A stretch of DNA of 64,000 bases from the NCBI GenBank assembly GCA_964478075.1, contig CAYZGO010000007.1, forward strand, positions 22,975 through 86,974, read 5' to 3'. Of the stretch, positions 1 to 9,776 are shown piece by piece (position 1 is the stretch's first letter; each line of letters begins with the position of its first letter). Below the pieces are notes generated by a model. The model worked only from the letters and a program-made list of their open reading frames with translations, had not been told where the DNA came from and made no database searches. The DNA comes from an uncultured Anaerolineales bacterium. GTDB lineage: Bacteria; Chloroflexota; Anaerolineae; UBA2200. Both the position numbers and the translations under genes were made by a program.

Positions 1-576
1 GAGAGCGATGGAGGCCGCAATGGGAGTCATCCCTAACAGCAACAAGGCCAGCCATAGATTGATGCTGAACAGCCAGACGGAGAGAATGGCTACCAGCATC
101 ACCTGACTGAGCAGGTCCATAGTCAGGGTCACGATCTGGGCAAAGTCCTGCGTGTCGGACGTTACCCGGCTGACGACCTTGCCGGAGGGGTGCTGGTCGA
201 AGAAGGAGAGGTCGTGCTGGATAGTGGCGTTGAATACATCTTCACGCAACTTCAATACCACGTTCCCCACCACCTCGGCAGAGAACAACTGCCGAACATA
301 GTTGAACGTCCAGGCTGCCACTCCCAGCAGAAGCACACCGCCCGCCAGGAGCCAGAGGCCCTCTGCAGATGGCTCCTGCGCCAGGATGTCAATTGCGTTA
401 GAGATGAGGATCGGACCAGCGGTCCCCGCCACCGATCTCAGCGAGATCATGATGCCAACCAGGATCATCTGCCGGGTGTAGGGACGGAAATAGCCGATGA
501 TGCGGCCGAGTAGCTCTCTGTCGCTATAACTGCGGTCATAGGCCTCGGTGTCGAGGCCATCCAGGACAAAGGGCAT
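1..576 (-). CDS. ABC exporter transmembrane/ATPase subunit, N-terminal part. The start codon is at complement(574..576) and the 3' end runs off the window.
   Basis: The minus-strand translation starts MPFVLDGLDTEAYDR... and has six-TM ABC exporter topology (LVGIMISL..., FDQHPSGKVVSRVTSDTQ). It lies in tandem with the next ABC exporter gene. Confidence 0.7.
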   Translation of the reverse strand, partial: MPFVLDGLDTEAYDRSYSDRELLGRIIGYFRPYTRQMILVGIMISLRSVAGTAGPILISNAIDILAQEPSAEGLWLLAGGVLLLGVAAWTFNYVRQLFSAEVVGNVVLKLREDVFNATIQHDLSFFDQHPSGKVVSRVTSDTQDFAQIVTLTMDLLSQVMLVAILSVWLFSINLWLALLLLGMTPIAASIAL

Positions 577-783
577 TGCTCTCCTTCTGTACTATTCCTC
601 TACTGGTTCGCTACAGCAAGAATGGTCGGTGCCATCCTGAGTCCTTCGCGTTTTGTCATTCTTCGTTGCGCTCAGAATCTTGTTGTTCCACCGGGACAAG
701 AGATTCTTCGGCCATCGCCTCTGGAGAGACTTCCAGCCTTCGGCCTCAGAATGACATGCTATCAAAATCACTGTAGCAGACCT

Positions 784-2538
784 CTATTCGTAGCGCGCGA
801 AGATGCGCCGGTACGCTTCGCAGCGCTCCATCAACTCTTCGTGCGTTCCTTGATCGACCAATTCACCCCGGCGCAGGACCAGGATGCGGTCGGCCCAACG
901 GATCTGGCTCAGGCGGTGGGTGATCAGGAACGTGGTCCGCTGGCTGCTGATGCGCCGCATTGCTCGCTGGATCTGATCCTCGGTGGCGCTGTCAATGGCA
1001 CTGGTACTGTCGTCCAGGATCAGAATGCGAGGATTGGTGAGAAAGGCGCGGGCGATGGCGATTCGCTGCCGTTCCCCGCCGGATAGGGTCACGCCCCGCT
1101 CGCCTACCTCAGCGTTGTAGCCGTCCGCAAAACCGGTGATGAATTTGTGCGCCTGTGCTTCACGGGCCGCCCGTTCGATCTCTTCATGGCTAGCATCGGC
1201 GCAGCCAAAGGCGATGTTCTCCGCCACTGGGCGGGAGAAGAGAAACACATCCTGCTCGATGGTTGAGATTTGCGAACGGAGCGACTCTAGATTCCAGTCG
1301 CGCACATCGATGCCATCCACCAGCACCCGCCCGCTGTCGGCGTCGAATATGCGGTTGATGAGCTGTGTGAGGGTCGTTTTGCCAGATCCCGTTTGTCCAA
1401 CAATGGCAATCGTCTCTCCTCGCCGCGCGGAGAAGCTGATGTCCTTTAATACCAGTTTGCCATCATAGCTGAAGCTGACGCTTTCAAAGGCCACTTCTCC
1501 ACGGATCGGCTGGGCAACGCCCAACTTGTTCTCGTCCAGCTCAGTTTCCGTGCTGATCAGTTCCAAGATGCGTTCAGCGGACGCAATTCCCAACTGCACC
1601 TGGTTGAAGGTGAAGATGGAGATAAAGGTCGGAAAGCGGAGCGCGCCCATCAATCCCATAAAGGTGACCACTTGCCCCAGACTGATGCCGCCCCCGCGCC
1701 AGAGCCACAGTGAGTGCAGCAAGGCACCAGCCCAGGCCGCACTGAAGGCCAGCATCGGCAGGTAGCGAGCCTGGATCTTCCCCTGTTGCACAAAGTAGTC
1801 GCGGTACACTCGCGCGTCACGGGCAAATTTGTTCCATTCTTGCCGCTCCTGGACGTTCGCTTTGACGACTTCAATCCCAGCGATGGCTTCGGCCAGCCCG
1901 GCATTCATCACCCCGAATTGGTCCCGCAGGGCGATGCTGACCGGCTTGAGTCTGCGGTTGTAATCGGCCACCGTGAGGGCAAGCAGGATGACAAAGATGC
2001 ATGGGACAGGCAGCAGCTCGGACTTGAGCCGGCCGATCAGGATGATCGGGACGACAGCGGACATGAGGGAATCCATAATCAGCATCACGCCCGGGCTGAA
2101 CATCAAGTTGAGCATGTGCACATCGTTGGTGGCACGTGCCATGATATCCCCGATCCGCTGCCGTCCGTGAAACGTCTGGCTCTTGCCCAGCAGGCTGATG
2201 TACAGCTCCTCGCGAGCGTCCCGCTCAATGTGCTGGGCCAAGAACTCCATGGTATAGTTGCGTACCAGGCCTGTCAACCCTTGGCCAGCAGCACATGCCA
2301 CGGCGCTCAGCGCCAGGCCCACCAACGCGGCTGTGCGCCAGCCAGGTGTGATAATGAGGTCGAATGCCCGCCCGACAAAGATCTGGATGTAGCTGTAGAA
2401 CCCGTTGTTCAGGACAGTAGCGAGAATTGCGGCCAGAGGGAAAAGTGGGTAGCGCACCAGGTGGGACATGATCCAGCGTACTGGCCCAGAGTGGTTGTAA
2501 TGGTATTCATCTGCAATGGTGAACTCGCGTTTCTCCAC
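784..2538 (-). CDS. ABC transporter ATP-binding/permease protein (type I exporter half-transporter). It is probably the heterodimer partner of the downstream gene.
   Basis: 584 aa. N-terminal TM domain, Walker A GQTGSGKTT, ABC signature LSGGERQRIAIARA, Walker B ILILDD. Confidence 0.9.
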   Translation of the reverse strand: MEKREFTIADEYHYNHSGPVRWIMSHLVRYPLFPLAAILATVLNNGFYSYIQIFVGRAFDLIITPGWRTAALVGLALSAVACAAGQGLTGLVRNYTMEFLAQHIERDAREELYISLLGKSQTFHGRQRIGDIMARATNDVHMLNLMFSPGVMLIMDSLMSAVVPIILIGRLKSELLPVPCIFVILLALTVADYNRRLKPVSIALRDQFGVMNAGLAEAIAGIEVVKANVQERQEWNKFARDARVYRDYFVQQGKIQARYLPMLAFSAAWAGALLHSLWLWRGGGISLGQVVTFMGLMGALRFPTFISIFTFNQVQLGIASAERILELISTETELDENKLGVAQPIRGEVAFESVSFSYDGKLVLKDISFSARRGETIAIVGQTGSGKTTLTQLINRIFDADSGRVLVDGIDVRDWNLESLRSQISTIEQDVFLFSRPVAENIAFGCADASHEEIERAAREAQAHKFITGFADGYNAEVGERGVTLSGGERQRIAIARAFLTNPRILILDDSTSAIDSATEDQIQRAMRRISSQRTTFLITHRLSQIRWADRILVLRRGELVDQGTHEELMERCEAYRRIFARYE

Positions 2539-2981
2539 AGGTTACTCCAGCCAGGGGACAACAGCGGTTTCTATGGAAGAGCAGGGGTATCGTAGCGCTA
2601 TTGTACTGCGAGATCGCTCGCACGCAAAGTGAAGCGGGAGCGCGATAGCTCAGATGCTGGGTCGCTTGGAGGCGGAAAGCCCGGTGCAGTGAACCCAGGG
2701 TCTTCTGGGGGATAGAAATGGGCATCCACCCCTGGTCGTACGCTTCGCGCTTGCTGGTCGCCATCTTCTGCAGTACAATACAAATGCCCACTGGGGGTGC
2801 TCAGCTGCTGCCGCAAGCGTACGTCCAGTCGGCTCCCTGCATGCCCATTCATGAAATGCTGCGTGAGAGCGAAGCTTACCTATGATTGACCAGGCAAACC
2901 AGAGCCGACGTCAGCGATGGCAATTGCAGAGCCCCGGTTGGCTTTTAGCTCCGTCGCATAGCCCACGTAAAGGAGCGCATC

Positions 2982-3785
2982 ATGGACGCCATCACTGTCG
3001 CCATCGAAGCCGCACACAAAGCAGGCGAGCTGATCCTGCAACACTTCCGCCAGCCGCAGGAAATCCGCATGAAAGGACCTGCGGATATCGTTACTCAAGT
3101 GGATCACGATGCTGAAGACGTCATCGTCCGCACTATCCGGCAGGCCTTCCCCGACCACCAATTCCTGGCCGAAGAAGGGCACTCGGCAAGCTGTGACGCG
3201 GACTTTCTGTGGGTCATTGACCCGCTGGACGGAACCCGCAACTACACCGCAGGCATCCCTTTCTTCTGCACGTCCATTGCCCTCACCGTGAAGAGGCGGA
3301 CGGTTCTGGGCGTGATCTACGACCCACTGCGTGAGGAGACCTTTTCTGCAGAAGCAGGGGAAGGCACGTATCTAAACGGTGCAAAGGTCGACTACGTCAA
3401 GAAGACGAGCATGGAGCAGGCAATTGCCTACGTCGGTTTCCTGCCTGCCCGACACGCCGATGACGCCGGTCTGGCGCTCCCCATGTTCACGCGCCTGCGC
3501 CCTGCAGTCTTAGCTATGCGCAAAATGGGCTCGGCTGCACTGAGCCTGGCCTACGTCGCCTGTGGACGATTTGACATTGCTTACCATGACCGGCTGGATG
3601 CCTGGGACATGCTGGCCGGCGCACTGCTCGTGGAGGAGATTGGTGGCGTCGCCACTGACTTCGGAGGCAGGCCCATATCCGTGACCTCGCGGGACATCAT
3701 TGCTGCAAATGCCCCGGCTTTTCATGCTGCCACTTTACGTATTGCCCGACAAGTGCTCGCAGAGGTTGATTCGCCGACTTTGTAG
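2982..3785 (+). CDS. Inositol monophosphatase family protein (IMPase/SuhB-like)
   Basis: 267 aa. Carries the WVIDPLDGTRNY metal-binding motif and the FLAEEG region typical of the IMPase/FBPase fold. Confidence 0.8.
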   Translation: MDAITVAIEAAHKAGELILQHFRQPQEIRMKGPADIVTQVDHDAEDVIVRTIRQAFPDHQFLAEEGHSASCDADFLWVIDPLDGTRNYTAGIPFFCTSIALTVKRRTVLGVIYDPLREETFSAEAGEGTYLNGAKVDYVKKTSMEQAIAYVGFLPARHADDAGLALPMFTRLRPAVLAMRKMGSAALSLAYVACGRFDIAYHDRLDAWDMLAGALLVEEIGGVATDFGGRPISVTSRDIIAANAPAFHAATLRIARQVLAEVDSPTL

Positions 3786-4094
3786 ATACTCTCTTCTCTT
3801 CCTCTGCACGAATCGCGCGTTAATCGACATAACTACTGCATGGCCTGTGCTGGAACCGATTGCAGCTTCTCAAGTGGTGAGCAGAACCGGGCGACTTGTA
3901 GATAACACACCGAAAGGAATGGGCGGGCATCTAGCGATACATCGAGGCGCGCATAAAACGCAACTTTGCCACGTGTGCGGGCGCGAAGGAGGATCTGCGG
4001 GTAGTCCTGGCGGCCTGCCCCGCGCCATCGGCCTGTTGCGCGAAGCCCCAAGCAGTGAAATGGGGCATCCGTACATGCATCACACGGTGTAACC

Positions 4095-6011
4095 ATGACT
4101 CAGGGAAAGCAACAGCTGATCGTCAAGGCGGACTGGGTCTACGCGGTCATCCTAACCGTGCTGGCCGCCATTCCCCGTCTCTGCTGCCTGAACCTGGCCG
4201 AGTTCAAGCTGGACGAGGCCACCCACTACCAGATGGCCTATTATCTTACGCGCGGTGACTGGCGCTGGGTCGGCTCCACAGCATCAATGGGTTTCCCCAA
4301 GCCGCCGCTTTTCGTCTACACACTGGCCCTGCCCATGCAGTTAAGCCACGACCCGCGTGTCGTCACTGGCTTTCTGGGCGTACTGGCAGCGTTAGCGACG
4401 GGCGGCTTCTACTTGATTCTGCGTCGCTTCCTAGGCAAGGGTGCTGCCTTCGGTGCCGCCTTACTCTTTGCCCTGAACCCACAAGCCATACTACACGCCC
4501 GCAAGCTCTTCACGGCAGACCTGATTCCCCCCCTGTGCACGCTATTCCTGGGTGCGGCGGTGGCATTCCTGGAGAGTTCCCCAAAGCGGATTCGGCGGTT
4601 TGCGATGCTGACAGCGTTCACCTTTGGCCTGCTGCTGCTGAACACATTCTCCCCCGTCCTGCTGTTCCCCGCTGTAGGCCTGCTCTTTTGGCAACGACGC
4701 CAGGATCTCAAAGTGCTTGATTGTATGGGAGCGATGGTTGCTTTCAGCTTACCCTTCGTGCCCTACCTCATCCAGGTAGCACCACTTATTCGCAACGCCA
4801 TTGCCAGCACCGGTGGTTCACCCACAAGCCGCCCACCCTTGCTAACATGGATCTGGAGCCTGCTGTATGGAGGCCCGTGGCCCTCGAATGCGTTCAGCAT
4901 AGCCGGTATTACGGCGATAACCATTGGCCTACTTTCACTAGGAGGAATAGCGTGGCTCCTGAATGCAGCACGCAAGCGGGAGACCAGAGCCTGGGCGGCC
5001 TTTTTCCTGGCCTGGTTAGGTCTGGCGCCACTAGTGGCCCTCGTCGTCCCGATTGGAGTCAGACTGCACTACCTGGTTATCCTCTACCCACTGCTGTTCG
5101 TGCTGCCTGGTGCGGGCGTGGAACTGGCGTTCCGCCGGGCAAGATGGCTGGGCTGGAGTGCACTGGCTCTTCTGATCGTGGCCACCGGCTGGCAAGCACA
5201 GATTTGGGTCAACAGCCTGACAGACGTGAGCCGGGGCGTCGAAGGCTATGGCACCCCATTGGGCTACTGGTGGCGTGCGACCGAGCAAGCCCGGGACTTT
5301 GCCGCAGAGCACGAGGCAGCCGAGGTGCTGCTGCTGATGCCAGGAGACCAGCCCTGGGACGAAAAAGCGCACGTCTTAGATGCATTGCTGAGCGATACGC
5401 CGCACCGTGTGATCAACGGACATACCACTGTCCTGTACCCGCCACATACGGCCGTGCTCCTCATTGCCTCCGAAGTGGAAGACGCGATGGCGTTTATCGT
5501 CCCCTGTACTCAGAATCTGGGCAGCCCCCTGAAGGCATCCCCCTTTGGAGGGGCCTACCACTACCGTCTGTGGCCCTCGGATACGTCCGCAGCATCCGCG
5601 TGTACGGCGGGGCTGCAACCGGCATCCGCGCGGTGGGCCTCGGGCGCCCGGCTCCTGGGATACAGCGTGAAAGGGCGCCCCCAACCGGGGGAAACGCTTC
5701 ACGTCATTCTCTACTGGGAAACGACGCAAGGCCCCCTCGGTGAAGACATCCACTGGTTCAATCACCTGCTGGATCAAGAGGAGCGCAAGTGGGGGCAGTT
5801 TGACACTGTAGGCTGGCCCGCTGTGCGCTGGCGGCCCGGAGACCGGGTGATGACCTACTTTGACATCACTATTAGCCCTGAGGCGGAGCCTGGTCCCTAC
5901 CTGCTGCGCGTGGGACAGTACACCTATCCATACCTTGAAAATATCCCGGTCGTAGATGCGGCCGGGAATCCAGTAGATTATGCTGCGGAACTCCCCCTCC
6001 CGACGCCGTAA
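4095..6011 (+). CDS. GT-C fold membrane glycosyltransferase (GT39/ArnT/PMT-like) with a C-terminal soluble domain
   Basis: 638 aa. Multi-TM N-terminal half with the loop-1 acidic motif KLDEATHYQMAYY typical of polyprenyl-phosphate-sugar-dependent GT-C enzymes. Confidence 0.65.
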   Translation: MTQGKQQLIVKADWVYAVILTVLAAIPRLCCLNLAEFKLDEATHYQMAYYLTRGDWRWVGSTASMGFPKPPLFVYTLALPMQLSHDPRVVTGFLGVLAALATGGFYLILRRFLGKGAAFGAALLFALNPQAILHARKLFTADLIPPLCTLFLGAAVAFLESSPKRIRRFAMLTAFTFGLLLLNTFSPVLLFPAVGLLFWQRRQDLKVLDCMGAMVAFSLPFVPYLIQVAPLIRNAIASTGGSPTSRPPLLTWIWSLLYGGPWPSNAFSIAGITAITIGLLSLGGIAWLLNAARKRETRAWAAFFLAWLGLAPLVALVVPIGVRLHYLVILYPLLFVLPGAGVELAFRRARWLGWSALALLIVATGWQAQIWVNSLTDVSRGVEGYGTPLGYWWRATEQARDFAAEHEAAEVLLLMPGDQPWDEKAHVLDALLSDTPHRVINGHTTVLYPPHTAVLLIASEVEDAMAFIVPCTQNLGSPLKASPFGGAYHYRLWPSDTSAASACTAGLQPASARWASGARLLGYSVKGRPQPGETLHVILYWETTQGPLGEDIHWFNHLLDQEERKWGQFDTVGWPAVRWRPGDRVMTYFDITISPEAEPGPYLLRVGQYTYPYLENIPVVDAAGNPVDYAAELPLPTP

Positions 6012-6317
6012 GCAATGAGTGCGCTGTTCAGGGCTTTTCCAGAGGCTGGTTATATTCATCGTGTTCAGCGGCAGTTGCACTGCCGCGGCTCCTGGCGATG
6101 CTACGCCGCTGGTGCAAAGGCCGTGTAGACAACCCCGCAGTGCAACTGCGGGGGAACGTGGGGAAGTCGGCTGACTTTGGAAAGCCCTAGTCTGCTGTTA
6201 CGGACGCTTGGAGTTGTATGGACATTTTGATACAATTCTGGTTCAGACGGCGTATAGCCAAGTCCGACCTCGGACAGGATCACACTGCTGGTGAGGGATT
6301 GAGAAAGGAGTTGGAAG

Positions 6318-6833
6318 ATGAGTGAGGAGACAAAAGAAGGCATGGCTGGGGAAGCAAAGGGTCAGGATGCTCAGACCCAAAAGTCGAGTCAGGAGGAATG
6401 GGCGAACATTGGGCAGCGCATCGAGGCTCAAATAAAACGGGACTTTGCCATGTGGGCGGGCGCAGAAGGGAGCGATAGCTGGGAGGTCATCGGCCGCAAA
6501 TCGGAGGCGAAAATCCGGAGCAAGATGGCCGGCGGCTTGGGCGCTGCCCCTGACGCGAGTTGGGAAGAAATTGGGCGCACAATGGAACAGAAGGTCAGAG
6601 CCGAAATAGCCGGTGGCGTCGGTGCGGAGGAAGGAGCAGAATGGGATGAGATTGGGCGGCGCGTCGAATTCCAGGTCAAGACAGGGCTCGGCAAGTGGGC
6701 TGGTGCCTCTCCCGAAGACGATTGGGCAACCGTCGGTGACAAGATCGGAGCCAAGATCCAGAGAATCCTGGACGATGTCCTGAAGACGGAGAAGAAACCC
6801 GAGGGGACGCAGGGGGCTCCCGAAAGCCCTTGA
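6318..6833 (+). CDS. Small acidic repeat protein of unknown function, with five repeats of about 27 aa each starting W-x-x-I/V-G
   Basis: Strong RBS AAAGGAG 8 nt upstream of the ATG. The protein contains WANIGQRIEAQIKRD, WEVIGRKSEAKIRSK, WEEIGRTMEQKVRAE, WDEIGRRVEFQVKTG and WATVGDKIGAKIQRI. Confidence 0.6.
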   Translation: MSEETKEGMAGEAKGQDAQTQKSSQEEWANIGQRIEAQIKRDFAMWAGAEGSDSWEVIGRKSEAKIRSKMAGGLGAAPDASWEEIGRTMEQKVRAEIAGGVGAEEGAEWDEIGRRVEFQVKTGLGKWAGASPEDDWATVGDKIGAKIQRILDDVLKTEKKPEGTQGAPESP

Positions 6834-6859
6834 GCCCAGGGTGACGAGAGCTAGTGGTC

Positions 6860-7340
6860 TGTCAGTGTTGAAGCAATTGCTTCGTAGTACATTGTTACCT
6901 TAGTTCCGGTAACCTGTCATTCTGAGCTGCGCCATGGCGCATTCGCACCACTCGTTGTGCAAGAAACGGTGATGTGTCATTGCCTTTGGTCCTGGGCTAC
7001 CTTTGTCCCTGGGTCTTTGTCCCTGGGGCCAAAGACCCAGGGGAAGACCCAGGGGAAGACCCAGGGCGAGCGCAGCGAAGCAATCTCCCTCTCACCGACA
7101 GGTGCAGATTGCTTCGTCGCTACGCTCCTCGCAATGACACCACCCGCCCTTGTTTCTTAGTGGCGACCGGAGGGAGCGAAGAATCTCTATTACGTGATAC
7201 AAACGATTTCCATTGAGTAATCGGAGATTCCCTTCGGCCCGGCTCCCTTCGACTTTGCTCAGGGCAGGCAGGGCGGGCTTCGCCTTCGCTGAGCTCCGGC
7301 TCAGAATGACATAACCGTCGAAACTTCGGTAACGCTGTAG
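6860..7340. repeat. Copy A of a structured intergenic repeat element with nested inverted repeats around a GAAGCAATCT...AGATTGCTTC hairpin core
   Basis: The outer inverted repeat is GTCATTCTGAGC (about 6915) paired with GCTCAGAATGAC (about 7300). The inner inverted repeat is GTGTCATTGC paired with GCAATGACAC. The core hairpin is CGAAGCAATCT-N19-AGATTGCTTCG. A tandem GGGGAAGACCCAG tract and a GAAGCAATTGCTTC palindrome (about 6871) are also present. The sequence recurs at 11296-11970 and, degenerate, at 20640-20950. Confidence 0.75.
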
Positions 7341-7453
7341 TGGTGGCGACTCTAGTCGCTCTTCCCGCCTGTTGGGTCACTGAAGTCGCTGCTACGAACC
7401 CTCAATTCAAGTGTGACGGAGCACTAGGTGTTTATCGCTTAGAACGCCAGGCC

Positions 7454-8338
7454 TCAGGTCGTCGCGCCGAGCAGGAACGGCGCGACGACCTGGTTCACCT
7501 GCTCAGCCTGACGCTCGAGCAGAGCGTGCTTCACTCCCTGAATACATGCGTAGCGCGCATTGGGCATGATCCGAATGGCTTCCCTGACTCTCGCTTCGCC
7601 CACCGTGGGGTCATGCTCACCAAAGATGATCAATGTCTCAGTTAGCACGCTGCTCAACAGTTGCTTGATGTTGATCTGCAGCAGGCTGTGGATGACACCA
7701 AAGAAGACCCGTTCATCGTAGCCCTCAGAACTCCTCTCGAGCTCTCCAGCGATCATCCTGGTGTAGTTTCCATATCCTCCTAGCAGCCTGGTGACGTGCG
7801 TATAGAGCGCATTGTTATTGACAAACTTGGCTAGCTTGCGCGTCAATCTGCTGACGTTTATGACCGCATACAGCCCGCTCGCGGCTGTTCCTCGCCTTGT
7901 ACTGTAGGCTGCGAGGGGAGGCGCCACCGGGATGATCTTCCCCACACGATGCGGATAGTCAGCGGCGTACTTGAGAGCGACTAGAGCCCCTACGCACTTG
8001 CCCATGATGTCCACCTTTTCATAACCCATGGAGTCCTGTAACGCGTCTATAATGCTCAGGAACTGATCCACGTGAGTAATGGCCTGCCCAGTCACCTTGT
8101 TGTAAAAGCCTGGAATATCGAGCGTGATCACTTTGTAGCTGGCACTGGCCGGCAGAAAGTTGAGCAGCGACTTGGCATAGCGATGCGGTGTGTGGACGAG
8201 AAGCAGCGGCGAACCCTTGCCTGCGCTCTTAAAGTGCAACTCCTGACCAGCGATGGACAGCATGTGCTCTTCGACGGAGACTTGCCTGGACACAATATCA
8301 TTGCAAGGCCTACATATATCCGTATCTACGAGAGTCAC
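7454..8338 (-). CDS. Alpha/beta hydrolase fold protein whose nucleophile elbow carries Cys (G-K-C-V-G)
   Basis: 294 aa. HTPHRYAKS... then IMGKCVGALVALKYAADYP in the position of GxSxG. C-terminal conserved H (GVKHALL). Confidence 0.6.
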   Translation of the reverse strand: MTLVDTDICRPCNDIVSRQVSVEEHMLSIAGQELHFKSAGKGSPLLLVHTPHRYAKSLLNFLPASASYKVITLDIPGFYNKVTGQAITHVDQFLSIIDALQDSMGYEKVDIMGKCVGALVALKYAADYPHRVGKIIPVAPPLAAYSTRRGTAASGLYAVINVSRLTRKLAKFVNNNALYTHVTRLLGGYGNYTRMIAGELERSSEGYDERVFFGVIHSLLQINIKQLLSSVLTETLIIFGEHDPTVGEARVREAIRIMPNARYACIQGVKHALLERQAEQVNQVVAPFLLGATT

Positions 8339-8471
8339 CTCTTTAGTCCCTATCCGGGAGATAGCGGGCCATCCTCTGCGGAAAACCTCTTACTGAATGA
8401 AACACCACGTCCACACTTTCGTTGCTCCACAGCCGTAGCCCCATGAGTCTTTCAGAGCGGGCATATGTAAA

Positions 8472-8500
8472 CTTGCTAGTAGTGTTGGCCTCCAGTATAA
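8472..8500 (+). promoter_or_regulatory. Sigma70-like promoter TTGCTA-N17-TATAAT upstream of the thiolase gene
   Basis: TTGCTA at 8472-8477, 17-nt spacer, TATAAT at 8495-8500, about 100 nt upstream of the start at 8599. Confidence 0.5.
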
Positions 8501-8598
8501 TGCCTTGCAGGTGTTTCTCAAAACGCCATGACCCAGACACACGTCATGGTCCAATCACATGGTGGGCTGATTGCCCCCACCACCCACGGAGTTAGTCC

Positions 8599-9765
8599 AT
8601 GCGCGAAGCAGTCATTGTCGAGGCAGTTCGCACACCAACAGGCAAGCGCAACGGCCTGCTGCGAGAGTACCACCCGGTCGAACTTGGAGCGATTGTCTTA
8701 CGCGAACTCTTGGTGCGCACCGGGTTGCAAGCTCACCAGATTGACCAGGTTATCATGGGCTGCGTCGGTCAGGTAGGCGAGCAAGGCGCTAACGTAGCAC
8801 GCAACATACTGCTACAAGCCGGATTCCCTGCAAAAGTGCCGGGGACGACGGTAGACTTTCAATGCGGGTCAAGCCAACAGGCCGTGCACCTGGCCGCTTC
8901 CATTATCCAGACCGGAGTGGCCAACATCATCATCGCTGGAGGCGTGGAGAACATGAGCAGGGTGCCCATGGGCAGCCACTTCATGAACGGGCCAGGCACG
9001 CCTTTCACACCAGAAATCATGGAGCGCTACGACATTATCTCACAGGGCCTCTCCGCAGAAGTCATCGCCGAACGCTGGAAGGTCAGCCGAAGGGAACTGG
9101 ACGAAATCGGTTTCCGCAGCCACACGCTGGCCGCACGCGCAACCAAAGCCGGTTGGTTCAAGCGCGAGATCATACCGCTGCAAGCCACGCTGGAAGACGG
9201 CAGCCAGGTAACAGTGGACCGTGACGAAGGCATTCGCTATAACCCATCCCTGGAGAAGATGGCTAACCTGAAGCCAGCTTTCAAAGAAGACGGGGTCGTG
9301 ACTGCGGGGAACTCTAGCCAGATTTTGGATGGAGCGGCAGCTCTGCTGGTGATGGGTCGAGACACAGCTCAATCCCTGGGCCTGTCTCCTCGAATGCGCA
9401 TTGTGGCGCAGTACGTTGTGGGAGTGGATCCGCACAGCATGCTGACCGGCCCTATACCGGCCACGCGGCAGGTTCTGAAGAGAGCAGGCCTGACACTGGA
9501 ACAGATGGACCTTGTCGAAGTCAACGAGGCCTTTGCCTCCGTGGTGGCTGCGTGGCAGCGCGAGCTGCAGCCAGATATGGCACGGGTCAACGTGCAGGGA
9601 AGCGCCATTGCTCTCGGCCATCCGCTTGGCGCGACGGGAGCCAGGATCATGGTCACACTGATACACGCCCTCGAACGCACTGGCGGACGGTATGGCCTGC
9701 AGACCATGTGCTGCGGCGGCGGTCTGGGCACCGCAACCGTTCTGGAGCGAGAGGGCAGCGCCTGA
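8599..9765 (+). CDS. Acetyl-CoA C-acetyltransferase (thiolase)
   Basis: 388 aa. Thiolase N-terminal region with the active-site Cys region (FQCGSSQQA), C-terminal NVQGSAIALGHPLGATGAR and catalytic CCGGGLG. Confidence 0.85.
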   Translation: MREAVIVEAVRTPTGKRNGLLREYHPVELGAIVLRELLVRTGLQAHQIDQVIMGCVGQVGEQGANVARNILLQAGFPAKVPGTTVDFQCGSSQQAVHLAASIIQTGVANIIIAGGVENMSRVPMGSHFMNGPGTPFTPEIMERYDIISQGLSAEVIAERWKVSRRELDEIGFRSHTLAARATKAGWFKREIIPLQATLEDGSQVTVDRDEGIRYNPSLEKMANLKPAFKEDGVVTAGNSSQILDGAAALLVMGRDTAQSLGLSPRMRIVAQYVVGVDPHSMLTGPIPATRQVLKRAGLTLEQMDLVEVNEAFASVVAAWQRELQPDMARVNVQGSAIALGHPLGATGARIMVTLIHALERTGGRYGLQTMCCGGGLGTATVLEREGSA

Positions 9766-9776
9766 AGGTTGGGATG

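Noticed and set aside
1714-2595. A 293-aa plus-strand ORF antisense to the ABC transporter gene.
   Set aside because: It is a GC-driven antisense ORF. The minus-strand frame has clear Walker A and ABC signature motifs.
2539-2981. A 440-bp divergent intergenic region between the ABC exporter and the IMPase gene, checked for a riboswitch or tRNA-like element (AGCTCAGATGCTGGGTCGC).
   Set aside because: I could not fold it into a tRNA cloverleaf or recognise a riboswitch consensus. It is most likely only divergent promoters.
4721-6080. Long alternative-frame or antisense ORFs (4721..5743 plus strand, 5376..6080 minus strand) within the GT-C gene at 4095..6011.
   Set aside because: They are Arg/Pro/Gly-rich with no motifs, typical of spurious ORFs in high-GC DNA. 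The annotated frame has coherent TM topology.
6990-7090. A possible CRISPR array, because of the short tandem repeats GGGGAAGACCCAG.
   Set aside because: There are only 2-3 contiguous units with no unique spacers of regular length and no cas genes. The tract is part of the larger inverted-repeat element.
6957-7216. The plus-strand ORFs 6957..7160 and 6974..7216 (translations rich in PGEDPG and KTQGKTQG).
   Set aside because: They lie wholly inside the structured intergenic repeat. Their periodic translation is an artefact of the GGGGAAGACCCAG tandem tract. They have no RBS and no codon bias.
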